Assembly (NCBI RefSeq): GCF_006345805.1
Contig: NC_043014.1
Coordinates: forward strand, 31,682,001-31,746,000
DNA: 64,000 bases
From: Octopus sinensis
Lineage: Eukaryota
Reading direction: 5' to 3'
Part shown: positions 52,734-64,000 of the stretch, one piece after another
Numbering within the stretch: position 1 is the first letter of the stretch
How the letters are laid out: each line of letters opens with the position of its first letter
The notes under the pieces: generated by a model
The model's database searches: none
What the model was told of the DNA's origin: nothing
Seen by the model: only the letters and a program-made list of their open reading frames with translations
Program-made: the position numbers and the translations under genes

Positions 52734-54400
52734 GTTGCTGCAGCATCAGCACCAGCATCATCATCATCATTATGATCTCCCATCATTGGCAGAATCATCT
52801 TACCGTTCCTTTCATCGTAATTCTTATTTTCATAATCTTATAATCATCATCATTTCTATTAGCATCTTTATTGCTATCATCAGCATCACTGCTTTCACCA
52901 CCATCATTGCAAGCGTCGTCATCGTCCTCCTCCTCCTCCTCCTCCTCCTCCTCATCATCATCATCATCATCATCATCACCATCATCATTGCTATATAACC
53001 ATCATTATTATTATCAACATAGCTGTCATCATCATCATCTTTCATCATTGCTTTCATCACCATCATCTTCATCATTTCTGTCATCATTGCTATTAGCAAC
53101 GCCACCATTGCTGCTGCGTCATCATTATTGCAATCATCATCATCATCATAGTTACCATCATTATCATTTCTATATTATTGTCATCACTGTCATCACTATC
53201 ATCAATATTGCCATTGCTGCCTGCCGTTACCATCCTTGCTCTCATCAACATCCTCATTGCTATCATCTTAAACTTTGTCATCATCATCATCATCATTGCT
53301 ATAATCATTATCATTGATACTGTTATTATTGTCGCTACCATTACCATTACAGCTAATCATCAACATCATCATTGCCATCATGGTCATCATCATTATGTTC
53401 ATCCTCCTCATTATCACAGTCGTCATCATCGTCATCATCATCATCATGATTGTTGTCATTATCGTTGTTGCTGTAGTCATCATCATCATCATCATCACTG
53501 CCCTTAATATCCTCCTCCTCCGCCTTGACATCATTATCGTCATCGTCATCATCATCGTCATCATCACCATCATTGTCGTTGTTGTTGCCATCATCGTTGT
53601 CGTCTTCATTGTCATCATTATCATTGTCATTATGGTTGTCATCATCATCATCGTCATCATCATCATCATCATCATCACCATCATCATCAATTCTGCTGCT
53701 ATCTCTAACATTGCTATTGAAATCAACATGACTGTTACAAACATCAGTACTATAATTACAACTAATTAGTAATTAAGGAATTAGTAGTAGCAGTGGTATT
53801 ATTAATATTATTGCAATCACCATCAAAACCACCACCACCATCACTGCCACCACTGCCGCCGCCACCTCCCACCACCACCATTGCTGCCACTGCAACCACG
53901 ACAACCACTCAACAATCATACAAATTACTAAGACTACCACCAAAATGACCTTCAGCACTAACCACCACCCCCTATGCAAATACAGACACACAGACACACA
54001 CCATTCCCTACGCAAATACAGACACACATACAGATATTAGAACCTTTGCATATACACCTATCCCACCATCATCACCACTATCATAACTATCTTTGCCCTC
54101 ATCGTCAACGCAACCAGTACCACAACCACCACTGCCACTACCACCATCACCACCAAAACCACCACAACATCACCTCTACCAACACCATCACCACTACCAC
54201 CACCACTACTTCCACTACCATAGCCACTGCTAATATCCAACCACCACCACCACAACTACTTCCACCACCACTTCCACTACCAACACTACCACTGCCACTG
54301 CTAATATCCAAGCACCACCACCACCACCACCACCACCCCCAACATCAATAACAACCACCACTACCATTAGAATCACCACTCCCACAAGTACCATCACCAC
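52630..54400. repeat. ~1.8 kb cryptic trinucleotide low-complexity tract (ATC/CAC/TCC)
   Basis: Continuous CAT/CAC/ATT triplets. Similar tracts at 9530-9790, 20060-20900, 29700-29960, 30240-30560, 45880-46500 and 47500-47840. Confidence 0.9.
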
Positions 54401-54876
54401 CTGCTAAGAGTATATCTTCTCCAAGAGCAGAAACACTCAAAAGTTAAGAATTCATTTCAGCTTACTTTTAGGAAGACCAAACATTTGAGATTTGCTATGC
54501 AAAGTACTTTTGGCATTTTCATCTCCCAGAACAGATTCTTGGACATAAGGTAGAAAAATGTAATTATCTTAATGTAGTATTAGCATTACCATCACTGGAG
54601 AGGCTAGGCTAGCCATGTTCCACAGTAGTGGCCGTGTGTGTATATACCTGTCTGCCTGTCTATGTGTAGAAGGAGTGTAGGGAGAAGGTAAAGGTAAGTT
54701 GACCTATGGTCTAATGGAATTGTTCAGGTATGTTGATCAAGGGCAAGGGTGGTGGTGGTGTTATGAGGTGTGCAGTTTCTGGTGCTGATTGTAATAATGA
54801 TTATGATAATGCTGTTTTGACATATATATACATATATTTATATATGTATATGTATGTGTGTGTGTGTATATATACA

Positions 54877-54943
<67 letters not shown>

Positions 54944-55078
54944 TACTATCTATCTATCTATATATATATATATATATATCCGTAATAATGAAGGGTGAAA
55001 TTAATAATTGGAAAAATTATCAATTACACCAAGTAGTCTTCGGCATGTAAAAGCCTCATTCGAGGAAAATTTAAGTAA

Positions 55079-55315
55079 TACTAAGCAATAAGGGTTAGCA
55101 ACGAGTTGCCTTACCACATACCGAATTTAGAAATAGCAGTCAAAGGGTTATAGCTATTTCTTCTACTAAAAAGGGAGATCTCAGTAAAAACAGCATGCGT
55201 TTTTACTGAGATCTCCCTTTGTAGTAGAGAAAAGAAAAAAGCTTAACCTTTGACTGCTATTTCTAAATTCGGTATGTGGTAAGGCAACTCGTTGCTAAAC
55301 CCTTATTGCTTAGTA
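55079..55315. repeat. Near-perfect 237-bp palindrome
   Basis: TACTAAGCAATAAGGGTTAGCAACGAGTTGCC...GAGATCTCAGTAAAAAC-AGCATGC-GTTTTTACTGAGATCTC...GGCAACTCGTTGCTAAACCCTTATTGCTTAGTA. Confidence 0.95.
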
Positions 55316-55320
55316 TATAT

Positions 55321-55351
<31 letters not shown>

Positions 55352-55391
55352 AACCAAATCATTGTGGAAACTAGGAAGTTCATTAGATTTG

Positions 55392-55435
<44 letters not shown>

Positions 55436-55451
55436 TATATAATAGTTTCAT

Positions 55452-55850
55452 TTTTTGGAGATACATTGCTAAACAGCGCTGCCTAATTTAATTACTTGTA
55501 TACACATTAGTGATTCACTAAATCATCCATAAATTTCTATGGAATAAGCATATATACAGCTGGTGATCTTGCCCGGAAACAGGTGAGTTGCGCTGAACCT
55601 GCTGATGAGTGCTTTGATCATAAGGCCGAAACCATTGAAGGTCTAGGGATATCACAGCTGCCACTTTAAGCTATTTACAGTTGCTGTAAGTGTGTACGTA
55701 TACAATTATGTGCACTGACTGCAACATCAGAACACTTTAGCTCTTATTTCTAGCATTGTAGGTGTTCCAACATTCTCTGTCATACTTAATGACAATTATA
55801 GTTTTCCTTCTGGTGATACATTGCTAAACAGCAGCCTAATTTAATTATAT
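55452..55850 (+). mobile_element. HHR-containing non-autonomous element (retrozyme / PLE pseudo-LTR-like), ~355 bp unit with terminal direct repeat
   Basis: GATACATTGCTAAACAGC...GCCTAATTTAATTA at 55460 and 55815. HHR in the middle, flanked by (TA)n and (TG)n. Shares blocks with the 12 kb unit, e.g. TTAGCTCTTATTTCTAGCA(T/A)TGTAGGTGTT and ACTAAATCATCCAT. Confidence 0.75.
55592..55658 (+). ncRNA. Type I hammerhead ribozyme, complete, canonical GUC site
   Basis: Stem I CCTG(55598-601)/TAGG(55644-47) plus GCTG/CAGC beyond an internal loop. Core CTGATGA 55602-08. Stem II G-(T)-GCTTT-GATCAT-AAGGC-C. GAAA 55628-31. Stem III ACC-ATTGAA-GGT. GTC triplet, predicted cut after 55643. Confidence 0.85.
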
Positions 55851-55852
55851 AC

Positions 55853-55907
<55 letters not shown>

Positions 55908-56348
55908 TGTGCATTGTGTATGTATTTGTGAAAGTATGTATGCAGCATTGTGTGTATAACCCTGAATGACAGCTGTATTAATGTTCTCCTCCCACTGCCA
56001 CTCCATATTTGTCACACAACTTTGTTCTCCCCTTCCCTGATATCAGTCACACCAACAATGTCTTCACATTTCCCCCATACTAACACTCTTGTGTCCTCCT
56101 CATTTTATCAAATAATAGTCCAATCCCCCTCAGGGGCCCATTATAGATTTTTATTGAAATCCATTTAGCCTATAATTGAACTGGATGTTAGTTTAACATG
56201 TATGCAAAGTTTTGTCAAGTTTGGTTCACTACTGTAGGTGGCAAGGTGGTAACAGACAGATAGACAGAAATTGGCATTTATGTATAATATATATATATAT
56301 ATAACCCTAATATATATATATGTGTGCATGTGTGTGTGTGTGTGTGCA

Positions 56349-56397
<49 letters not shown>

Positions 56398-56903
56398 GTA
56401 TAGACAGATTATTGGCTACTTCAAGACAGTGAATGTTACTCTGCCATTTACCTGTGCTTAGTTGAATCTCTTCACTTTAACATTCAGAACACTAAACAGA
56501 AATTACATCCCATTTGTATGATTCAGCCAGGTATGCAATGTTCTGTTTTAATTAGACAGTCTGGCTCAGAATCATATTGGTGCATGTGTCCTGGCTCCAT
56601 CTCATGAGGGCTCAGTTGTCATACTGTGACTCAGAACTGGTATGGACTGAAGGAATTCGACTGTCTAATTAAATATATAGACAGAAATACATATATACAG
56701 GCACGACTGTGTAGTAAGAAGCTTGATTCCCAACCACATGGTTCTGGGTTCAGTCCCACGGTGTGGTACCTTGAGCAAATGTCTTCTGCTATGGCCTCAG
56801 GCCAACCAAAAACTTGTGATTGAAAGAAGGCTTTTGTACAAAGCACATATATATATATATATGTAAATGTATATATATATGTATATGTATATATATGTAT
56901 ATA

Positions 56904-56938
<35 letters not shown>

Positions 56939-57799
56939 ATATATGTGTGTCTGTTTGTCTCCTCACCATTGTTTGACAACTGATGCTTGTGTGTTTCTGA
57001 CTCCATAACTTAGCAGTCCAGCCTAAGAGATCAATAGGATATAAGTACTAGGCTTAGAAAGAATAAGTCCTGGGGTAGATTTCTTTGATTAAAACTCTTT
57101 AAAGAAGTGCTCCAGCATGGCAACAATCAAATGACTGAAACAAATAAAGGGTTTAAAAGAATATATATCTATACATATAAATTTGACATGGGCAATTCTG
57201 TCTTGTCTTGATATTCATGATCAAACAGCTTAGTGGAATTGTACCTAAAATTACACAGATATGTAGAGTGATCTGGTGATGATACTGGGCTTTGTATTTT
57301 TTTCATAGCTCTCATGGTTACTGAGATAATCTACAATATAATACTCTTGTGTTTTTGAATGATAATGGAAGGAGTGATGTCATACTTAGTAGTGACATGT
57401 TTCATGTTTGTTCACTTAGTATTTGGGTATATTTTTTGATTTGGTTGAATCTTGGTTGTTGTTTTTTTTTTTGTTGGTCAGTTATTTTTAGCATTTTGAT
57501 AGAAAAAAGTCATTCTAAAATTGTTTTTTAACATAAGCATACCCAAACAAGTCGAATGCTTGCTCAGAGCAGGTTTTACAGCCACATCATCCAAACCAAC
57601 CAGATGAAACCGGGCTTAGCATCTAGTATATATATATATATAATTATAACAAGGGCTTAGAAAAAATTTTCCACTCTATATGCTGAGAAATAGATGCTAA
57701 ATTGTTTCACCACTATTATTCTCTATTATATATATATATATATAAATATATATATAATCAATGAAAAAATGGACAAAGAAGACAAGAAAAAAAACAACA

Positions 57800-58560
57800 A
57801 AGAGAGGATGTGGTACAGGCAAAGTATTAATGGGACGCTCAGAGAAGGAAAGAAAGAGTGGTTGTTTTACATTTCAAGCAGACCTCTTCTTCAGAAACAG
57901 GAGACATAGGAAAGTCCAAAAGAAATGAAAGAAGGAGTTTAAAAAAATTGATAACAGTCCACATGTAGTTACATTTTTGTAACTACATGTGGACTCTTTT
58001 ACTCTTTTACTTGTTTCAGTCATTTGACTGTGGCCATGCCGGAGCACCACCTTTAGTCGAGCAAATCGACCCCAGGACTTATTCTTTGTAAGCCTAGTAC
58101 TTATTCTATCAGTCTCTTTTGCCAAACTGCTAAGTTACGGGGATGTAAACACACCAGCATCGGTTGTCAAGCAATGTTGGGGGGACAACACAGACACACA
58201 AACATATTCACACACATATATATATATACATATATACAACGGGCTTCTTTCAGTTTCCGCCTACCAAATCCACTCACAAGGCTTTGGTTGGCCTGAGACT
58301 ATAGTAGAAGACACTTGCCCAAGGTGCCATGCAGTGGGACTGAACCCAGAACCATGTGGTTGTAAGCAAGCTACTTACCACACAGCCACTCCTACACCTA
58401 TCTTGGTGATTTTTTCCCCCTCATTCTTCCTTTTCTTTTGGACTTTCCTATATCTCCTGTTTCTAAAGAAGAGCTTTGCTTGTAATGTAAAACAATCACT
58501 CTTTCTTTCCTTCTCTGAGCGTCTCATTAATACTTTGCCTGTACCATGTCCTTGCACTGT
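57800..58560. repeat. Long palindrome split by a SINE; perfect 18-bp central stem with TTTT loop at 57956-57995
   Basis: 57800-57945 is the reverse complement of about 58410-58550 (GGTACAGGCAAAGTATTAATG...GAAAGTCCAAAAGAAA). Confidence 0.9.
57996..58398 (-). mobile_element. SINE family A inserted near the centre of a long palindrome
   Basis: Full-length reverse copy, CTTTTACTCTTTTACTTGTTTCAG ... CAGCCACTCCTACACCT. Confidence 0.9.
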
Positions 58561-58590
58561 GGTTTGTTTTACTTGTTGTCTTTTTTTCTC

Positions 58591-58707
58591 CATCTGATGT
58601 TACATATACCCAGTTTTTCTCTCAAAGCACTTGCACTCTCTCAGTGTGCAAATATAACAGAGTGTAAGTGATTTGAAAGAAAAACTGGGTACATGGGGCA
58701 TCAGATG
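58591..58707. repeat. Hairpin with ~49-bp arms and 19-nt loop
   Basis: CATCTGATG...CCCAGTTTTTCTCTCAAAGCACTTGCACTCT / AGAGTGTAAGTGATTTGAAAGAAAAACTGGG...CATCAGATG. Confidence 0.85.
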
Positions 58708-59600
58708 CAGTGTGCAAGAGAGAAGACTGTGCTGTTAAATGCTCAGCCATATGCATACTAATTTAAGATCAGGTAACTGTGTTGATTGAAATGCTGAATC
58801 TTCGTTACAGAAACAAAGAACCATTCACCCATATTCAAATATAATGCATAGGATTTTATTTGAAGCATGAGAAACTTCGCAAATCTTTACGCCAAGTTTC
58901 ATCTTACAGAATATTGGACAAAGAATGGTAAAAAGAAACTTAGAATTGTGATTTATGAAGTTTTCAGTTTCAAATAAAATTTGATATTTCATTCTGTTCA
59001 CTCTGCATTATACCTTGCTTGCACTTACATATTTGTATACACACATGCACATGTACATACACACACACACACATTATTATTTTTGGTTTAGTTGATCATT
59101 TTGACCTCAATGATTATTTTTCACAGGTACCAATGATGATGATGATGATGATGATGGTGTTGATGATGATAATGATGATGATGGTAGTGGTGGTGGTGGT
59201 GGTGGTGGTGGTGATAATAGCGATGATGATGATGGTGATGATGATGATCTATATTTTTTGAACCATTAAGTTATGGGACATAAAGGAACAGAACATAAAC
59301 AACATTAATGGGTTTAGATTGGTGTACATTTAAACAAAAGCATGAACACACATAGATACATAACTACATACACAAGTACTCATACACACACATACACAAA
59401 CATATACACACACATACACACACACACATATGTATGTGTATATATATATGTATATATGTATATATATATATGCATATATGTGTACATATATAAATTTATA
59501 TACATATGTGTGTGAATATTTGTGCATATATATTTTTTTATACATTTAAATATTAACACACACGTATACATACATGTATATCTATCTATCTATCTGACCG

Positions 59601-59653
<53 letters not shown>

Positions 59654-60528
59654 ATATATATATATATATACCTATCTATATATTTATAGATATATATATT
59701 TCACACACATGCACACACACATACACACACACACACACACATTTCTCCCTGCTTTCCATTTATCAAATTTCACTCACAAGATATTGGTGAACTAGTGGAA
59801 GATACTTGCTCAAGGTACTGTGCGTTGGATCAAAACTCAGAACTTCTTTACCACATAACTAAACCTATGCTTTTAAACTGTATTTCTGAGATTTATGCTG
59901 TTAGTAATTCAACTGGTTGAATTAGGGAAGCAACCTGACAATATATAAGCAAAGATATTTTAAACACATAAAATTTTGATTAATCATTGAGATTTAATTG
60001 CTCAGGAGAAAAAAAAAACCCAAACAATTACTTAATACATTAATACATCACACATTCATCTATTTTATTGTCATATGTAGAATGTGATAAATACATTTAT
60101 TCATATATTTAAACATGCATTTTCATATCTTCATCCTCATATGTATAAAACACATGAAAGCAGGGAACATGGCTATTACTAATGAAGTTTTAATGATGTT
60201 GAGCAACTGAATGCTTTTTAAATTTTTGTTTATATGACCATTGCTCAAGCTATGGTAAATCCATTATGTGAAGGAAAGAAAACTATTTTAGTCTGTAAGA
60301 AATTTCTTGAATGCAATTCTGGATCTTTCCTCAAAACTGCCAAAGGCTGTTGTTGGGTGTTATTCTTTTCCATGGGTCAAGCATCACTCTTTCTGGAGTA
60401 ATTAGTGAAAAAAGATGCATGCTATACAATGCTGACACAAACATTTTTGCTGATACTAACATTTTTTAAACTGCAGGTTTATTTGGGGGGTGAGGTGATG
60501 AGGCATCATCCTGAGTGTTTGAATGAGT

Positions 60529-60785
60529 ATGTATGTTGTGAAAGGTAGGAGAGTCCAGTTTGCTGGACATTGTTGTAGAGCTGAAAAAGAAGTAATTTCT
60601 ACTCTTCTCCTCTGGAAGCCATCTACTCGCAATACCAGAGGGCGCACACTCTCCTACCCTGATGTAATCTCCAGGGATACAGGCATCCAGCAACAGGACC
60701 TCAGTAATGCTATGATGGACCGTGAAGTCTGGCGTAACATAGTAAATTCCATTGTCTCGACCACGGTCGAACAATGATGATGTTG
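60529..60785 (+). mobile_element. 5'-truncated RTE-clade LINE with (GAT)n tail
   Basis: ORF 60523-60777 VVKGRRVQFAGHCCRAEKEVISTLLLWKPSTRNTRGRTLSYPDVISRDTG...AMMDREVWRNIV*, immediately followed by GATGATG. Confidence 0.8.
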
Positions 60786-62220
60786 CAAGGATATTTTTTA
60801 AAAGAATTTTCAGTAAGTCCTATACAGCTTAATTGCAAGCTTAAACTAAAGCTTTAGAATATGAATTACCTTTGACAAAGAAGATAGTAGGTTTGTCCTA
60901 ATTATATAGAAAGGGTGAATGTTGTATACTAGAAATTGGACTTTTCTTTATACTAGCTACAGAAATGCCAAAGTTTTTGACATGACTGCTACTCATGTTA
61001 ATATCTATATTTATGATGTATGGTAATCACTTCACGATGTCTCTGGTCATTGAAACAGACATTTAAACTATTAGGAAGATTATGCTTTATAATATTTCAT
61101 TGCCCTTGTATTTATGAATTTTAGCATTGTTCTCAATGTAATGTATCATATCTTTGAAGCCATTGCCTTTTAACACATCATTGTAATAATGGCTAAAAGA
61201 TTTCTTGCTAAAGGATAAGCTGAATAGGCGTTCGTTAATATTGTAAAGTATTTAAGGATTATTAGGAGTTGGTTGGAACTTATATTAATATACTGCAATT
61301 TCTAATCAGGTTTACTATAAAGGCTGTATTGACCAATGCCTAAAACTAGAATTATATATATAAGAAAGTAACATTCTTTGATTCATATCATGTGTGATCT
61401 TAAATCTAACTCTTTGAGTATGCTGATAAATTCTTTCCTAACAACATCAAATGTGTAGCTGTTCATACTTCCCAAAATGATTAGTCCATCGTCATGGTAG
61501 AGAGCATACTTTGCACAGAAGAATTTCTTCTGGAATTAAGTTGGAGATGTACAATATTATAAATTCACAAGCTTCAGCTCCACTCTATCATCCCATGGCA
61601 ACATCAAACAATTCCTGGCCATTATGTTTAATTCAAAAAGAATTATCATAAAACAGCAAATATTTTCTAGCATTATTATATTATATTAATGACTGAATTA
61701 CTAACTTGAATAAAACTTGAAGTTTTATAGCTTATTCAAGAAGGGATTATGTTATGGATAGATAAAACTTTACCATATGTAACTGCATAAATTTACAAAG
61801 GTGCTTATTATTAAACCACTTGACAATGGATAAACTATTAGTCCTTAATGGATGAGAAATGACTTGTTTAATGTTATAAATAATGGAAGCTAAAATATTT
61901 TTGCTGGCCCTATTTATCGCGCTTTTCCCTGGATTTATCACTCTAGTTTTAGAGTTGGCAAAAATTCTTTTCATGATTTTTTGAAAGCGATTTATGGTTC
62001 ATGTAAAACTGAAGTTTCTATTCTATTGTCTATTTGGAGGCTGGTAGCAATTTATTTTGCTTCTAAATTGATAGCATGGTAAGAGTTAGAATTAATTATC
62101 TTATGGGTACTGGTGATGTTGAAAATATAACTATAGAGACTATCTGTTTTGTTCATATTTCTGTTTGAAAAATCACATTTGGTGTTTTGCAATTTTATGA
62201 AAGCTCTATGTAAAATGTCT
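60781..62220 (-). pseudogene. Decayed Penelope-like retroelement reverse transcriptase
   Basis: Manual minus-strand translation gives NSKTRVINPGKSAINRASKNIL...KWFNNKHLCKFMQLHMVKFYLSIT (ORF 61747-61974), FDVAMG**SGAEACEF (FDVAMG at 61591-61608), YALYHDDGLIIL (LYHDDGL at 61482-61502), YSKPD*KLQYINISSNQ and HYYNDVLKGNGFKD (61150-61191). The order and motifs match aquatic-invertebrate PLE RTs as I recall them (FDVTMGSYDGAE, LYRDDGL). Multiple stops and frameshifts. Confidence 0.8.
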
Positions 62221-62617
62221 GGGAAGTTTATTCTTTTATTCTTTTACTTGTTTCAGCCATTTGACTGCAGCCATGCTGGAGCACCACCTTTAAAGGTCTT
62301 TTAGTCAAACAAATTGACCTCAGGACTTATTTTACTGAACTGCTATGTCACAGGGACATAACCATACCAACACCAGTTGTCAAGCAGTGTGGGAAACCAA
62401 CACAGTCACAGAGACACACACACATACACACGTGTGCGCGCGCACACACACACACACATACAATGAACTTCTTTCAGTTTCCGTCTACCAAATCCACTCA
62501 CAAGCCTTTGGTTGGCTTGAGATTATAGTAGAAGACACTTGGCCAAGGCTCCATACAATGGGACTGAACCTGGAACCATTTGGTTGGGAAGCAAGCTTCT
62601 TACCACACAGCCATGCT

Positions 62618-63060
62618 TGTCAATTGAATTTTTAAAAACTTACCTGTTACATCATATTGAGATGTTCAAACTCAAAGAGTTTCATAACTTTCTTCAGTGG
62701 GAAGTATGTACATCAGAAATGGAACTTGTTTTTTTACTGTTATTCACGTTCCTTTATTCAAAGAAAACATTTAATATAATTCTTCTGAAATGGTGTTAAG
62801 TCATTATCTGTAGAAAATTTAAGGGGCAACTGTTTAATTTTCATTATTTGTAACTGTCTGTGGACAGTGCTCGACAAATTCAGGAGCAAGATGTAGATTG
62901 TAAACACAGAGAAAAGTGTCCAGTACATAAAATAGAGTGTGTGCATATTTTATTAGGAGCTAAAGCTTCTTGTATCATAACTGAATTTCATATTGCTAAT
63001 TGTTCAGATGATGGAAGAAGGGAGGCAGTATATAGAAGTATAGCTTGCTCCAGCAACAGA
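62618..63060 (-). pseudogene. Probable N-terminal remnant of the same Penelope-like ORF, separated by a SINE insertion
   Basis: KIKQLPLKFSTDNDLTPFQKNYIK resembles the PPQ..EL.PFE.DL segment upstream of PLE RT. Collinear and on the same strand as 60781-62220. Similarity is weak. Confidence 0.35.
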
Positions 63061-64000
63061 TCTGGCCTATAGTTTTCAGATGGTTGCTTACAGAACCTAC
63101 CAGTTGTTCTCTACTTTCCTTCTTCAGACCATCTTTTGTCTCTCAGTCAATCTAGCATTTATTCTGAGATCATTCACTAGTCATTAGTCTATGTTGAGTG
63201 ATATACATTATTCACTGCAGAAAGACTTAGTATCCATAACCATCTGCCTACCCTGTTTTATAATGAGGCTGAAATTTACCTGACTTGTGTGCACCTGATT
63301 ACAAAGGGATCAAGTGGGTCCTGGCTTCCTGAAGTCTGTGTTGTGGATGGTTAGCTCACAAAATTTCAGAAGCATTAGTTCCTTTTCATTTCTCAAACTA
63401 TATCCTTAGTCACCTTATACACTGGAGTAGCCATAATGGGGTTGCCCAATATGACCGAGCCACCAGTCAAAATATTAGTATTGTTATCATTTATTACTGA
63501 GATGGTTCACAAAAGGGGTTGCATAAAATCAGTCCTTTAGCTTATTAGCCAGTTCCAATTATGGTGTGTAAGCAGAGAAAAACAGTTGCTGTTATTTTGC
63601 CTACAACTAGTTTAAATTTAATTATTCAATCACATAATCTACATCAAATTTTTTTATTGTTTCTTAGTATGGCTATTCTATGTAAACCAAGATTGTTACT
63701 AATTCAGAAAAACTTGTACAAGTGTTCTTTTTGCTTGTAAGGAATCTGGCTGGGGTTCTTTCCTCATAATCACCCCCATGAATACATGCACACACATACA
63801 TACACATCATTTACATGTATATATAGTTAAATTACTAAAAACAATGAAAGGGTGTATATATATACTGCTTCTAGTCTCTTATCTGTGTGTGTGTGTCAGT
63901 GTTTTAATGAAAAGGGAAAAAAATTTGATATGACTCACCACAAATTCATGGAATAATTGCAAGTATTTTCTTGGAGTAAAATTTCTTTCCAAATAAAACT

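Noticed and set aside
57560-57630. GAAACCGGGCTTAGCATCTAG|T Helitron-like terminus
   Set aside because: Hairpin too degenerate and no second copy in the window; mentioned only as a possibility.
60230-60460. Possible GIY-YIG endonuclease tail of the PLE
   Set aside because: No GIY/YIG or convincing Cys/His motif recovered in any frame.
62643-62690. Strong minus-strand donor CAG|GTAAGT with short upstream exon
   Set aside because: All frames closed; lies in decayed PLE/SINE junction sequence.
63281-63336. Minus-strand candidate exon TSGSQDPLDPFVIRCTQV
   Set aside because: Weak acceptor, no recognisable homology; not supportable without RNA data.

Overview
AT-rich, microsatellite-saturated eukaryotic DNA. 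The SINE repertoire and (TA)n/(CA)n/(ATC)n density suggest an octopus-like coleoid cephalopod; this is inferred, not verified. I recognise no intact host gene, and nearly all ORFs in the supplied track are artefacts of simple repeats. The window is a mosaic of tRNA-type SINEs (at least four families), Tc1/mariner, hAT and piggyBac-like MITEs, three decayed mariner transposases, non-autonomous Helitrons, and decayed LINEs (CR1, RTE, R4/Dong-type). There is also a decayed Penelope-like element (PLE) reverse transcriptase at about 60.8-63 kb. The most notable signal is non-coding. Several type I hammerhead ribozyme (HHR) motifs are present: complete at 12010-12077 (+) and 55592-55658 (+), near-complete at 16375-16434 (-), and partial at about 11.7, 12.4, 39.4 and 57.9 kb. 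The two complete ones sit in homologous 355-358 bp units with direct terminal repeats, a retrozyme / PLE pseudo-LTR architecture. These units share their body sequence but carry ribozymes of different sequence and the same fold. Several long fold-back palindromes next to (TA)n tracts fit the same PLE-type insertion mechanism. All structure and motif calls were made by eye and need computational and experimental confirmation.
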